DNA of 63,543 nucleotides, filler included, from Welwitschia mirabilis (lineage: Eukaryota), in the NCBI GenBank assembly GCA_051453625.1. It is 6 parts of one record of this genome, joined end to end, with 100 filler letters (N's around TTAATTAATTAA, not from the genome) between each part and the next. Parts side by side here need not be neighbours in the genome. Positions count along the whole stretch, not along the records: positions 43,593 to 57,149 come from JBOZIK010000001.1; positions 57,250 to 62,113 come from JBOZIK010000001.1; positions 62,214 to 63,543 come from JBOZIK010000001.1; 3 more parts are not named here. One strand, 5' to 3'. Positions 52,480-63,543 of the stretch are shown piece after piece. A program made the position numbers and the translations under genes. The notes beneath the pieces were generated by a model. That model worked only from the letters and a program-made list of their open reading frames with translations. It was not told where the DNA came from and made no database searches. Each line of letters begins with the position of its first letter. The stretch's first letter is position 1.

Positions 52480-55400
52480 CACTAGGTTTCCCACCCTAGA
52501 GGGGAGGCTTTTTAATCAATAACTCACAAACCCCAAAAACCCAAAAGGGTAGGCTTTAGTGGATCTAAGGCATCTAAGATAGTGAAAGCATTTCTTCTTA
52601 GTGGATTGTTAACTTCATGGTAATAGAATCATCTGGGATTAAATCCTATGTGGAATCACTTAGGAAAAGCAAGTCTTAATGCTTCTTCAATTTGAATTTT
52701 AGTTTTAGAAAAGATGGCAAGGTTATTAGGGAAAAGATACTAGAAAATTACTCAAATAACTTGGAAGCCTAATTTAGGAATAAATTAATCAAAAAGTTTC
52801 AATCCTCAGGAGGACTTCCATTTATTGAAAAGATTAGGTTATGGCATGACCAAAAATTCCTAGCCAGTTGTAAGATAATCCCTTTCAGATAAGGCTTACT
52901 ACATTTTGTTTTTAATTTACAGTAAGATATGAATAAGGTTTTAGTAGAGAACCATATTTTTTTGGTAGGAATGATTTATCCCTTACTAAATGGACACCTT
53001 TCATTTTGGATAAGGAGAGAACTGTATTGTATTTTAAATCCACAACTAGAGATATAACACCCAAATTTCTTTAAATAGTTTAGAGACATATAAAAGAATT
53101 TGTTAGGTTAGATAAGAGCATTGATCTAATGGCCAAAATGGAAAAAGCCAGAATATGCATCTACATGAAACCATATAACTTCAAAGTAAGAAAGATTATT
53201 TTTAAAATAGGTTTAGGAGAAATAATCTTTAACTTTGAGATTAAAAACATTTCCTTATAATGTGGGGAAAATGGACATCCAGAATAAAAATGCAAAAGGA
53301 AAGAAAAGAAAGAGGTAAAAAAGGAGGAAAAATAGATAAGAAATAATTAGCAAAAAGTGAAGAAAAGGGAGAGAAAGAAGAGACTGACTTCAATGCCAAA
53401 CAATAAGCCATTATCAGAGGCTAACAAATTTAACATCCTTTATAAAGAAGAGATAAAGCAAGTAAAAGAGAATCAAATGGAAATCTAAGAAGTAGGACAA
53501 AAAGAATTAAAAAAGGAGTAAATCCTTGATGCACTAATATAATCAATCCAATCCTAACTTCCAATGGAAAAGGAGCCTGAATTAGAAATTAAAAATAAAG
53601 GAGCAGAATCAAAGGAGCACATTGAAGATACATTGGCTACTTCTAAAGCTAGCAAAATGGTGAAAATTGATAAGAAGATGCAAATGAATATCCACAAAAG
53701 CAGGTTGGAAAAAGAAATAAAGGATAATATCTGAGATGATCAATAATCTTAACCCTTCTTCAAATGATTATTTCTTGGAATTGTAGAGGCCTCAGGAATG
53801 GCCAGAAAATTTCCCTTTTTTGGAGTTTGTTGAAATTTTTTATAGCTCATCTTTGTCTCCTTCAAGAAAGAAAATTGTATTTCATTAAAATTAGATACTT
53901 TTATTCTTACCATGATTGGTCAGTGATTTCAGTTATAAGTATTGGCACTAAGGNNNNNNNNNNNNNNNNNNNNNNNNNNNNNNNNNNNNNNNNNNNNNNN
54001 NNNNNNNNNNNNNNNNNNNNNNNNNNNNNNNNNNNNNNNNNNNNNNNNNNNNNTTCTAAGTATTGGCACTAAGGCAGAGCTGATGATCCTTTGGATGCAT
54101 GATCAAATTACCACTATTATCAAGAGCAGTAATTACATCATAATTAATTGGTAGTATAATAACTATAAATTGTGCATATCAAAATTTTATAAGCCCTAGA
54201 ATATTGAACAAAGAATGGTAGCTCTCTAGTAAATTACTTAAAACTCTCTAGATATCATCATGAGGGACTTCAATCAGATCCTTAACATCCATGAAAAATT
54301 GAATAACATACCTAATACTTATTCTATTAAGTAGTTTAAAAATTTTATAAGATTCAATGACTATATAGATCTTTACCTACATGGAGCTAGTTACACTTAG
54401 AGTAATCTTAGAAATCCCCTTAAACTTGATTATGTCAAGAATTGATAGATGTCTTATCAGGGACCCTAACATATACTTCTTTGTTAGAGCCAAAGCTATA
54501 TTTTATTTTGATCATAGGCCTATTATGCTCTTGATGAACTCCCCTTAAAGAAAATTTATTTTTTGATTTAAGAATGTATGACCAAAAAAGACCAGGATTT
54601 AATGATATGCTCGAATAAATAGAAAACATCAAAGTTAAATGTACTTACTTATTTAAATTATTCCAAAAGCTTAAGATTCTTAGACATGAACTGAGTCTAT
54701 GAAAAAGGCAGTTAAATAATACCTTCAAAAATGTCAAACATCAACTTTTGAAAGATATTAATAGCATACTATAATAGAATGAATCCTTTAGGATTATTTC
54801 TAATTATAAGAGATAGCTTATCTTACATATCCATGATATCTCCTCTAAAGAAGAAGTTTATTAGAAGTAGAGATTGAGAATTAAATGGCTTAAGAAATGT
54901 AACCATAATACTAAATGTTTCTTCCACATAGTAAATAGACATAAATAGCAGAATTAGATATAGTGGAGCACATCTGCAATGTGCCTTTGTACTAATCAGA
55001 AAATGGCAGAAGCTTTTATTAGATACTTTTAGAATAGTTTTTACAAAAAAGCAGGTTGATTTGGAAATGATCTAGCTAGTCCTCCCATCATCACAAATCA
55101 GATAAATTACTTGAATCATAGAGTTTTCAAAGAAAAAATCAAGGATAAATTGTGCCCTTAGTCAGAATGTCTTCACAGTTAACTTCTATTTATGATACTA
55201 GGACATCATTAAGGAGGATGTTTGTGAAGCATTTTGTAAAAATTTTGAAAAAGGTACTTTTTATAAGCCATTAAATGATATGCTCATAACTTTAATTCCT
55301 ACACAAGAAGATGCAGATAGCCCTTAACACTCCATATCAATTATCTTATGTAATGCTTTCTATAAGATCTACACTAAATTAATTGCTGGCAGAATGAAAA

Positions 55401-56345
55401 GTATCCTTTTGAAGATGATTTTGCCTTCACAATTAGGATTTGTAGCTAGAAAAACTATTCATGATAATATTATCTTGGTGAATGAAATCATCCATTTGCA
55501 CCATAAAAAGAAGAAACCAACTATGTTTTTCAACTTGGACATTGCCAAGTCCTTTGACATAGTTGAATGGGAAATGGTTAAATATTTTCTATAGGAGTGA
55601 AATCTTCCTGCACCACTTCAAAACCTAGTTTACTTTGCATCTTCATGCTAACCTTCTCTATAATGATTAATAGAGAAAGTTACAATTACTTCTAAGATAG
55701 CAGTGGACNNNNNNNNNNNNNNNNNNNNNNNNNNNNNNNNNNNNNNNNNNNNNNNNNNNNNNNNNNNNNNNNNNNNNNNNNNNNNTAACTTATGGCTACC
55801 GAATTAGCTCCAGATATTTCTATCATTTAATTTGTAAATGACACACTTCTATGCTTAGATTATAGTATTCCAGTTGCTTAGTAGATTCATGCCATTTTAA
55901 ACAACTTTAGGTTTTTTTCCGGGCTTACTACTAACTGGTAAAAATACAAACTATTTATGTTAAATACTCTATAGGAAAAATAGCTAAAATTATAAAGGTT
56001 TTGAATTATTCTCAAGCCACCTTTCCAGATGTTTATCTTAGGATCCATTCAGATTCAGAACAAAGCGTAGATAATATGTGTCCTTTTTTTATTAGGAAAA
56101 TTACTACCAGATTAACTAGATGAGATAATAAATACCTCTTCAATGTGGGTGAAATCCATCTTACTAATATTATCTAGTTAGTATGTTACTTTATCAAATC
56201 AATTGCTTCCCTATCACTAATAAATATTATAGTGTTATAGATAATTTAATTAGATGCTTTGTATGATTAGAAGGTAAATATCATAAGATACTTTATCTTA
56301 TTAGATATGATCAGATAGCCATGCCTAAGAAGGTAGAAGGGTTTA
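52480..56345 (+). mobile_element. L1-clade LINE, decayed, with ORF1 and ORF2 (endonuclease + RT); 3' end cut by an LTR insertion
   Basis: ORF1 remnants: DUF4283-like GLLHFVF..DMNKVL..PYFFG..KWTP, ARICI, knuckle CGENGHPE*KC (~53260). ORF2: MIISWNCRGL (53764), MRDFNQIL, SQLGFVARKTIHDNII..LDIAKSFDIVEW (55394-55594), FVNDTLL (FADD equivalent, ~55832), PKKVEG. 5' boundary uncertain. Confidence 0.88.
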
Positions 56346-57149
56346 TGTTGCAATGTAAATTTGTAGAAATTTAATGGTGTATTTTGAGTGCTTTTGCAAC
56401 AATTTTATATAGGTTTGGATGCAATACTAATGATTATGAAGAATAAGCAAGATGATCATGGAAACATGCAATTCTTAGCATATTTGAAAGCTTCTCAAGA
56501 CTATTCTATTATTTCATATTTTGGAAGAAGAATGTATTATAAAAGACTGATTTATCTTTGAGATTAAAGATAAGGAAGCTTATTTTCCCCTCTATTGTCC
56601 CCATGAAAGGTAGGTTAACAATGCTGCTAATGTGGACAAAAGCTATGGGGTTGACAGTAGGGCTTGAAGCTGGTGGAAAACATTTTGACATAAACTGATG
56701 TTCCCTCTGTCATCCCCATGATAGCCAAGATGACAACTATTTTCTATGATAGAAAGAAATTATCTTTGTAATGGGGTCATGTAACCCATTTGGCCTAGTA
56801 ATATTTCTTGTCTAACTTCTAGGGTTAAGCTTCTAGAGCTTTGTAAAACTATAAATACTTTATCTTTCCTTCACTCTAATTTCCATCTTTTATACCCGAT
56901 TTGCTTATGATAGAAGATTGAAGGATAAGAGGTCCATCCAGTAGCTACAGAGAGAAGTTCCCTTAGTGTTTAGCTGAGTTTCTTCCATTTAGGTTCTGCT
57001 ACTTTATTGTAAATGGATGTAAAGTTTTATGATTAAATCAAATACTCTTTTTACTCAAATTCTGTTTATGTTATTTATGGTTTAAGTTGGTTATAGTCTA
57101 GTGATAATTCTATACTTTATTTATATCATAAGATAAACCTTTATTAAGG
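56346..57149 (+). mobile_element. Athila-related LTR (5' part) inserted in the LINE
   Basis: Starts TGTTGCA; similar to the reverse complement of 26640-26750 and 39660-39768; carries the same tgtcatccccatg motif; TATA-like ctataaata at ~56849. Confidence 0.7.
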
Positions 57150-57193
57150 NNNNNNNNNNNNNNNNNNNNNNNNNNNNNNNNNNNNNNNNNNNN

Positions 57194-57205
57194 TTAATTA
57201 ATTAA
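57194..57205. other. Artificial assembly spacer TTAATTAATTAA
   Basis: Same N44-12mer-N44 construct. Confidence 0.95.
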
Positions 57206-57249
57206 NNNNNNNNNNNNNNNNNNNNNNNNNNNNNNNNNNNNNNNNNNNN

Positions 57250-60200
57250 TATAAAATAAGAAAACATGAAAACAAATAACTTACTTTTGTACAAGAGACT
57301 CCATTTTTTGAAGGAGATCAAGCTCGGGAGATGCTAGGGAGAGCTCTAAAGTAATGGCAAAGATGATAACCACTGAAACTATCCAGGAGCTCTCTGCCAT
57401 GCAAGTCAAACAAGTTGTAGTCTTGATCTCCAACAAATATTGATATCAATTATAAGCATGGCCCAAGAGAAGCAAAATTTTGATGACCTCCAAACCTACT
57501 TGTCACTCTATTCCTTGCCAAAAGAAGGTCTTCAACCTCGAGACACTTCAAGGTGGTTTTCTTGTTAATCAATCTCTTCGCAGTTTCTTGATGCTTTAGC
57601 ATAGAATGGAAAGTTTCATCTTTGGTATCTTATAGTTGTAGATTGCCAACTCAATATTCAACAGGGCTTTAGAGGAACTTAGGTGTGTTTGCATAAAATC
57701 ATAAGACTCCAAATGAAGCTAGATTGCCAAGCAAGGCCTCTGTTTGTAAGCTAAATGATAAGGACTAGACTAAATACGAGCCTTACATCTCAATCTATTA
57801 GCCCAAACAACATACTTGATCAAATCATACCCACTCCTTAATCTCTTCTGAATAGCTAGCTCCATGCTTTCATAAAAATCTGAAGCTTACTCTCTTTCTA
57901 CACAAAAAGCAGACAAACCAGCCAATGCTATCTTCTAGATTCTTGTCAATGTATTCTTGTTGGATGATTCAGACAAACCATTATCTTGGGGACAATACTT
58001 CGCATAAATCTTTAGGGAAATGTGGTTGTTGTAGCACCATTTTGTGAAGCGGATGGAAGTAAAGGCCTTCCCATTTCCACAAACAAGGGCATAGGAATGC
58101 TCAAAATGTGTGATAATGTTCCTCTCAAAGAAGTCAAGGACGGTTCAGGTGCTACACTGGTGAGTTGGTTTAGCCTCCACCCAACGAGTGGAATAATCAG
58201 TAGCAATGAAGATGAAGGAATGACCTACTAAAGAGGGCAAGTAAATTTTACCAATAAAGTCGAGAGTCCACTTCACTAAAAGGTGACTCTCTAAAATGAG
58301 GAGAAAATGCAAAGCTAAATTTCTATCCCTAGAGAAGAAACGTTGGCGATTATCACAAGACTGTGCATGGTCATAGGCACCTTGCACCATAGCTAGCCAA
58401 TACTAGCCAACCCTCATGATCTGCACTGCTAGAAGATGAGCTGAAGTATGTCCTCTATTGATCCTATCATGAAACTCCTAAAGCAATTCCCAATCTTTAT
58501 CTCTAGTTGCACACCTCAAATATACCTCATCATAGAGCTTCGTTCTTAATCATGAAACAAGTTGCTCAGACCTTCAAAGCTCTCTTAAAAGAAAGGTAAG
58601 TGTTCCCTCAAAGAGACCTCTCAGACAAATAAAGGTACAAGTCCTTGTACCTAGGGTTGCTCAAAAGCCTAGCAAAGATGGAAGGAAAGAGCAAAGTCTC
58701 TACTACTTGAGCTTCTTTAGTATGTGCATCCAGAGTGTTTCTAGCCAAACCCATCCCACTCACTAGCTTGGCTAGAGTGAGCTAACTATCGGTCCTGCAA
58801 CTTACAGATCCACTTGGCTCTTCTTAAGTTTGCATCTTGTTCTTCCAAAAGAGTCTTAACTACAGGTTCTATGGCTCCAACCCAGACCTTGGCCTACAAG
58901 ACATAGTGCTAAAACTTCTTCAAAGCTTTGATCAATGTGAATGCTTACTTCTCCAAATAATGATGGGACAATTCCACATCCTTGAAATTTTCGCTCCTAA
59001 AGGAGATGTGGCATTCCCATTGCTCACCCTCCAAGTCAGGATAGTTGTTACTAAAGTTTCAAAGGCATAGGCATATATGAAAAATTCTTTGCTAAAATCC
59101 AGGCTCACCAAACAAGGAGAAGTAGCAACCATCTTCTTTATCAGTTCAAATGCCTTCTTCCTCTCAAGAGACCAAATGAAGGGTGCATCTTTTTTAAGGA
59201 GTGGCATTATGGATGCAATCATCTCTACAAAACCTAGCATGAACCCTCTCACAAAATTGTATCTTTCTCAGAAAACAACAAAGCGCCTTGAGTGAGCTAA
59301 GCAGGCCATCCCCTGACTTGAAACAAGGTATCCCAACCACTTGCCAGGAGAAATTGCTACAATACTCTTCTTTGGATTGAGGGAAACCCTATACTTTCTT
59401 AAGCGTATAAACATTTTATGTAGATCTCCAACATGATTTGAACACTTATTTGACAAAACAGTGATTACATTTAGATAGACAACCACACACTTACTAATGA
59501 GTTCCGTCAACACATGTTCTGTGGCTCTCTAAAAAGTACCTCTAGGGTTGATAAGACCAAAAGGAATACTCCTATGAGCATATATCCTTCCTTCGTGGTG
59601 AAAGCTATCTTAATCTAGTTGAGTGTGGCCACCTGAACTTGATTGTATCCTAAGTAACCATCTGAGAAGGAGAACATCCTAGCACCAACTACCTTCTCCA
59701 AGATTTCATCAATGGTGCGAGTAGGATAACACAAAAGCCTTGTTTAAGTTCCTAAAACCCACACACAAGAAAATCTCTCTACTCTTCTTTCTGACCAAAA
59801 GCAAATTAGCTATTCATGCAATGTGCCTAACAAGATAGATAATCCCTGCCTTTAAAAGCTTGTCTAATTCTTTCTTGTATCAACCACTCTAGAACTGGGT
59901 TTGACTCTTCTATGCTTTTGGTGAAAAGTCTTTATGCTTTCCTTGAGCGAGATGGTGTGATTAAGAATGTTGGGATCAAGGCCCTTTATATCTTTGTAAG
60001 CACATGCAAAAACATTCATAAATTCTTAACATCAAACTAGGACAACCTACCTTCCTAAAGGCAAGCAAGCTTTCCCTATCTCGTTGTACCTAGCTTCTTG
60101 AGGGGAACCTAGATTAACCTCTTCTACCTCTTCATCTATGCACTTGTTACAGAAAGAAAGGTTCAACTCTACTTCAAAGAACTTTTCTAACTGTATGAAG

Positions 60201-62113
60201 CCAGAGGGCATCTTATTGTTGCAAAGTTGTAGCATTTTGTTGCGAAGTTGTAGCATTTTGTCCTTGGTGAAATGGCCATCCTGCTCTAACTCTTTCTCTT
60301 CATCAACAGTTTGCTTCTCGAACCCTCCCTCAAAAACTCGAAACTCCTTCACATTATTAACAATTGACTTCTCCAAAAGAGGAAGGATCTATTGTCCTTC
60401 ATCAACTAGGTCATCAACTGGTGCTCCAACAGTGGCTGATGCTATAGCCTTGTCTGTAAGTTTGTTCTTCACTCTGGACTTCTGGAAGAGAGCACATTTG
60501 TCAAACTCACAAATCAAATTCAAAGATCTTGACTTGCACACTTTCAGAACAGGATTATGAGTCTAGTAATCCACTCTTACTTGTTAATCACTAGGTCAGA
60601 ATCTAGATTTGAGCCTTCTTCATCGTAAAAGAGAGTGCTAACTTCAAAGCCTAACTCAGGCCTCGCACTCCATAGCGTTGTTTAAGGCAAGGAACTGCAA
60701 CCTAAAAGCCCTCTATATACAATGTCCATCTAGCGATTGAAGAACTACACCACCCCCTTTTACTTTATTATTGGTTGCTCCATCAAAAAAGGTCAACCAT
60801 GTCTCATCAAGGGTGGTGGAAACAAGAGAAACGCTTCATGCACTTGTATATCAGCCCATTTTTAAATGTCACAAAAAAACATTCTCATACCTGAATCTCT
60901 TATAGGCTATTAAGGGTTGGTTTTCTCTCCTTCATAAGCAGTAGAATTGAACTTAAGGTATGGCGGATCTGGTTTCGTACACTCTTCTGACGGAACCACA
61001 TATGGAATTAGTCTGAGAAATGCATGTATGAAGGGAAGAAATCCAACTCAAGCTCAGCAACACTCCGTATACCTCTGGGATGGTGACCACATAAAAACCC
61101 ACAACATTAATGACCCTAGGATCTATAGCCAATTGCACTTTTATGTCATTCAAGATGCCCTGCACCTTAACATTGGTCTGAAGGAGTTACACTACTGTCT
61201 TGTCGCATTCCTCAAGAATCAAATCTAGCTACTTTGCCATCTCTAAGAGAAGGATGTTGTCAAGAGCTTTAGGATCAATAAGACAATTATGCATTTTCTT
61301 ACCAAACATCCAAAGGGTAAGGAGAAAAGAGGAAACCTTCTTTCTGTGGAAAGCCATATTCATCTCAGCCATATTCATCTCGATGGGAAAGTCCTCGAAT
61401 TGTTGACTATCTGCGGAAAGCCCAAAACACAAGCCTGAGAGAGCTGCTTCATCTATTGTTTATTCACTAGGAGGACCTCAAAAATGGAAAGATTTGCCTT
61501 ACACTTCTTAAGGTGTTCTACTACATCAGAAGCGAGGGTGACCTTTGTCATCTCTTCTTCCATTGTCTTATTATAGCCTTTAGGAGTTCGTGGTGCCTGA
61601 TATTTGTAGTCGCTCAAAAGAGGAGGAGGATCATTTAAGGCATCCTAAAAAGGCATGGGGTTCCCAACCTATGGAGTACAGATCGTCAAGGGCTCCTTGT
61701 CTTCTCCTTTGTTGAAGTTGGGCTTAAGTCCCATAGCCTCTCTGTTAATAGCTCTAGCCTTGCTAATGTAGAAGTTTGTAAGACCAAAAGGTCCTAGGCA
61801 AGATGCAAGGGTTCATTCTCACTCTCATGAGGGACTAAAGCAATGCTAACCTCACCTAGTGAATCAGTAATCCCAAAATAATATGTCCCTTAAGGATGTG
61901 AAGAGAAAGCACAAGGATCTTGTGAAGCTCTCATGATCTCCTACATCCAAAGATTATCTTGAGAATTGTTGTCGGCATAGTTGGCAGTCTAACCAAATGG
62001 GCAAAAATCATTAGTAGTAACCAAAATTGAATATATGTTTGACAACTACCCCTGACACTACTTAGGATCTGGGTGAAGTTGGGAATCCACTTCCCCACCG
62101 GCCTTTCCTTTTT
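57250..62113 (-). mobile_element. Ty3/gypsy Tat-clade internal region with order (gag)-PROT-aRH-RT-RH-INT; LTRs not in contig
   Basis: Protease MHNCLIDPKALDNIL and TIPEVYGVLLS (~61000-61330); aRH ~60430-60800; RT VFACAYKDIKGLDP, SDGYLGYNQV, IPFGLINPRGTF, VVVYLNVITV, RVSLNPKKS (~59250-60050); RH DFSKEFFIYAYA..RAKWICKLQ (~58740-59110); INT FHDRINRGH, WTLDFIGKI..ATDYSTRWVEA (~57430-58560). Confidence 0.88.
60430..60800 (-). pseudogene. Additional (archaeal/plant-type) RNase H domain, aRH
   Basis: Manual translation WLTFFDGATNNKVKGGGVVLQSLDG..AFRLQFLALNNAMECEA..DSDLVIN..SRVKNKLTDKAIA matches the aRH consensus WxxxFDGA..GAGxVL..RLxF..TNNxAEYEA..GDSxLV..RxxNxxAD; a stop and frameshifts are present. 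Confidence 0.85.
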
Positions 62114-62157
62114 NNNNNNNNNNNNNNNNNNNNNNNNNNNNNNNNNNNNNNNNNNNN

Positions 62158-62169
62158 TTAATTAATTAA
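62158..62169. other. Artificial assembly spacer TTAATTAATTAA
   Basis: Same N44-12mer-N44 construct. Confidence 0.95.
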
Positions 62170-62213
62170 NNNNNNNNNNNNNNNNNNNNNNNNNNNNNNN
62201 NNNNNNNNNNNNN

Positions 62214-63543
62214 AAAGCTACCCATGAAAATCTAGAGAAATCGTCAACCATAACTAGAAAATATCTTTTTCCAGATAGACTCGTAGTTTGGATAGGCCTA
62301 ACTAAATCGATATGAATTAAGTCTAAGGATTTACTAGTTGTGATATCACTGACCTTTTTATGAGACATTATAGTTTTTTTTTTTCCTTTTGATAAGTGTC
62401 ACATAGCCCTTTGTGAGAAAAAGAGATTTTAGGAAGATCCTTAACTATCTCATTATGACAAAATTTTTTCAAAGTGTTAAAACTAATGTGACCTAAATTC
62501 TAATGCCAGATAATGTCATCTTGAGTATGAGAAGATAGACATGTAGAATCATTCGATTGATTTACACAATACATATTTTCATGTCTATTTGCTACGAGTA
62601 AAGTTTGATTGATTTTTCTGTGTTTCATAATACATTTGTTTTCATCAAAAAGTACTTTATGACTCTTATTACAAATCTGACTAATGCTTAACAAATTATG
62701 CTTTAATCCATTGACAAATAAAACATTGTGAATATTTGATAAATTACCTCCACTTATGCTTCNNNNNNNNNNNNNNNNNNNNNNNNNNNNNNNNNNNNNN
62801 NNNNNNNNNNNNNNNNNNNNNNNNNNNNNNNNNNNNNNNNNNNNNNNNNNNNNNNNNNNNNNGAAGACCCTTAACTATCTCATTATGACAAAATTTTTTT
62901 AAAGTCTTAAAACTAATGTAACCTAAATCCTAATATCAGATAATGTCATTTTGAGTATGAGAAGATAGACATGCAGAATCATTCGATTGATTTACACAAT
63001 ACACATTTTCATTTCTATTTGCTACAAGTAAAGTTTGATCGATTTTTCTATGTTTCATAATACATTTGTTTTCATCGAAAAATACTTTATGACTCTTATC
63101 ATAAATCTGNNNNNNNNNNNNNNNNNNNNNNNNNNNNNNNNACTAATGCTTAACAAATTATGCTTTAATTCATTGACAAATAAAACATTGTGAATATTTG
63201 ATAAATTACCTCTACTGATGCTTCCAATTCCTTTAATTTAAGCTCTTCCATTGTCCTCAAAAGTGACTTTTCCTCCATTGTATTCCTTGAAGATGATGAA
63301 GTTTGATGTGTTACTTATCATATGTCTCGAGCATCCACTATCTAGATACCAATAAGAATGATTAGTTGCTTTTAAAGCTGTTTAGATCAATAAGTTTTAA
63401 GTTATGGACTTCGGGATCCACCTCAGGCATTTATTTCTGTTTACAACAGGATGAGATTTTTTGGTAAAAGTAGACTTAGATTCTAAAAGGGAGTGAGGAA
63501 ACCAACTTTTGCTAAAGATACAATCAATCTTAGAATGACCTTT
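62214..63543 (-). pseudogene. SIRE-like copia pol fragment (gag end, protease, integrase start) with a gap-flanking duplication
   Basis: YWYLDSGCSRHMIS (~63312-63355); NVLFVNGLKHNLLSISQICNK; LDLIHIDLV..SLSGKRYFLVMVDDFSRFSWV (ORF 62162-62368). ~62435-62762 is repeated at 62863-63222. Confidence 0.9.

Noticed and set aside
58022..61406. Plus-strand ORFs of 68-140 aa (58022, 58837, 59077, 60138, 60947, 61200)
   Set aside because: Antisense shadows of the GC-richer minus-strand Tat pol; no independent coding evidence.
62435..63222. Tandem duplication of ~330 bp of copia pol
   Set aside because: The copies flank a 100-N gap and differ only slightly; most simply haplotype or paralogue overlap.

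Overview
AT-rich, gap-ridden seed-plant (probably flowering-plant) repetitive DNA; no intact host gene, RNA gene or CRISPR array is supported. Almost the whole window is a nested pile of decayed transposons full of stops and frameshifts. Ty1/copia: SIRE-like pieces at ~90-3470, 9873-15724, 24911-25668, 43078-44380 and 62214-63543, plus an Ivana-like element at 32152-38245. Ty3/gypsy: a chromodomain-bearing Tekay-like element at 19769-24910 with LTR pieces; an autonomous-type Athila in two pieces (30594-32151 and 47185-51587); two copies of an Athila-related element with gag/protease but no RT/RH/INT (25669-30019, 38246-46512); and a GC-richer Tat element at 57250-62113. Also an L1-type LINE (~52480-56345) and a CACTA right end (46860-47184). 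Five artificial N44-TTAATTAATTAA-N44 assembly spacers split the window. Most notable: (1) the Tat element has its additional RNase H between protease and RT (PROT-aRH-RT-RH-INT), the rare TatI/TatII-type order; (2) the gag+protease-only (TR-GAG-like) Athila family. All domain calls come from manual translation and motif recognition, and boundaries are approximate.
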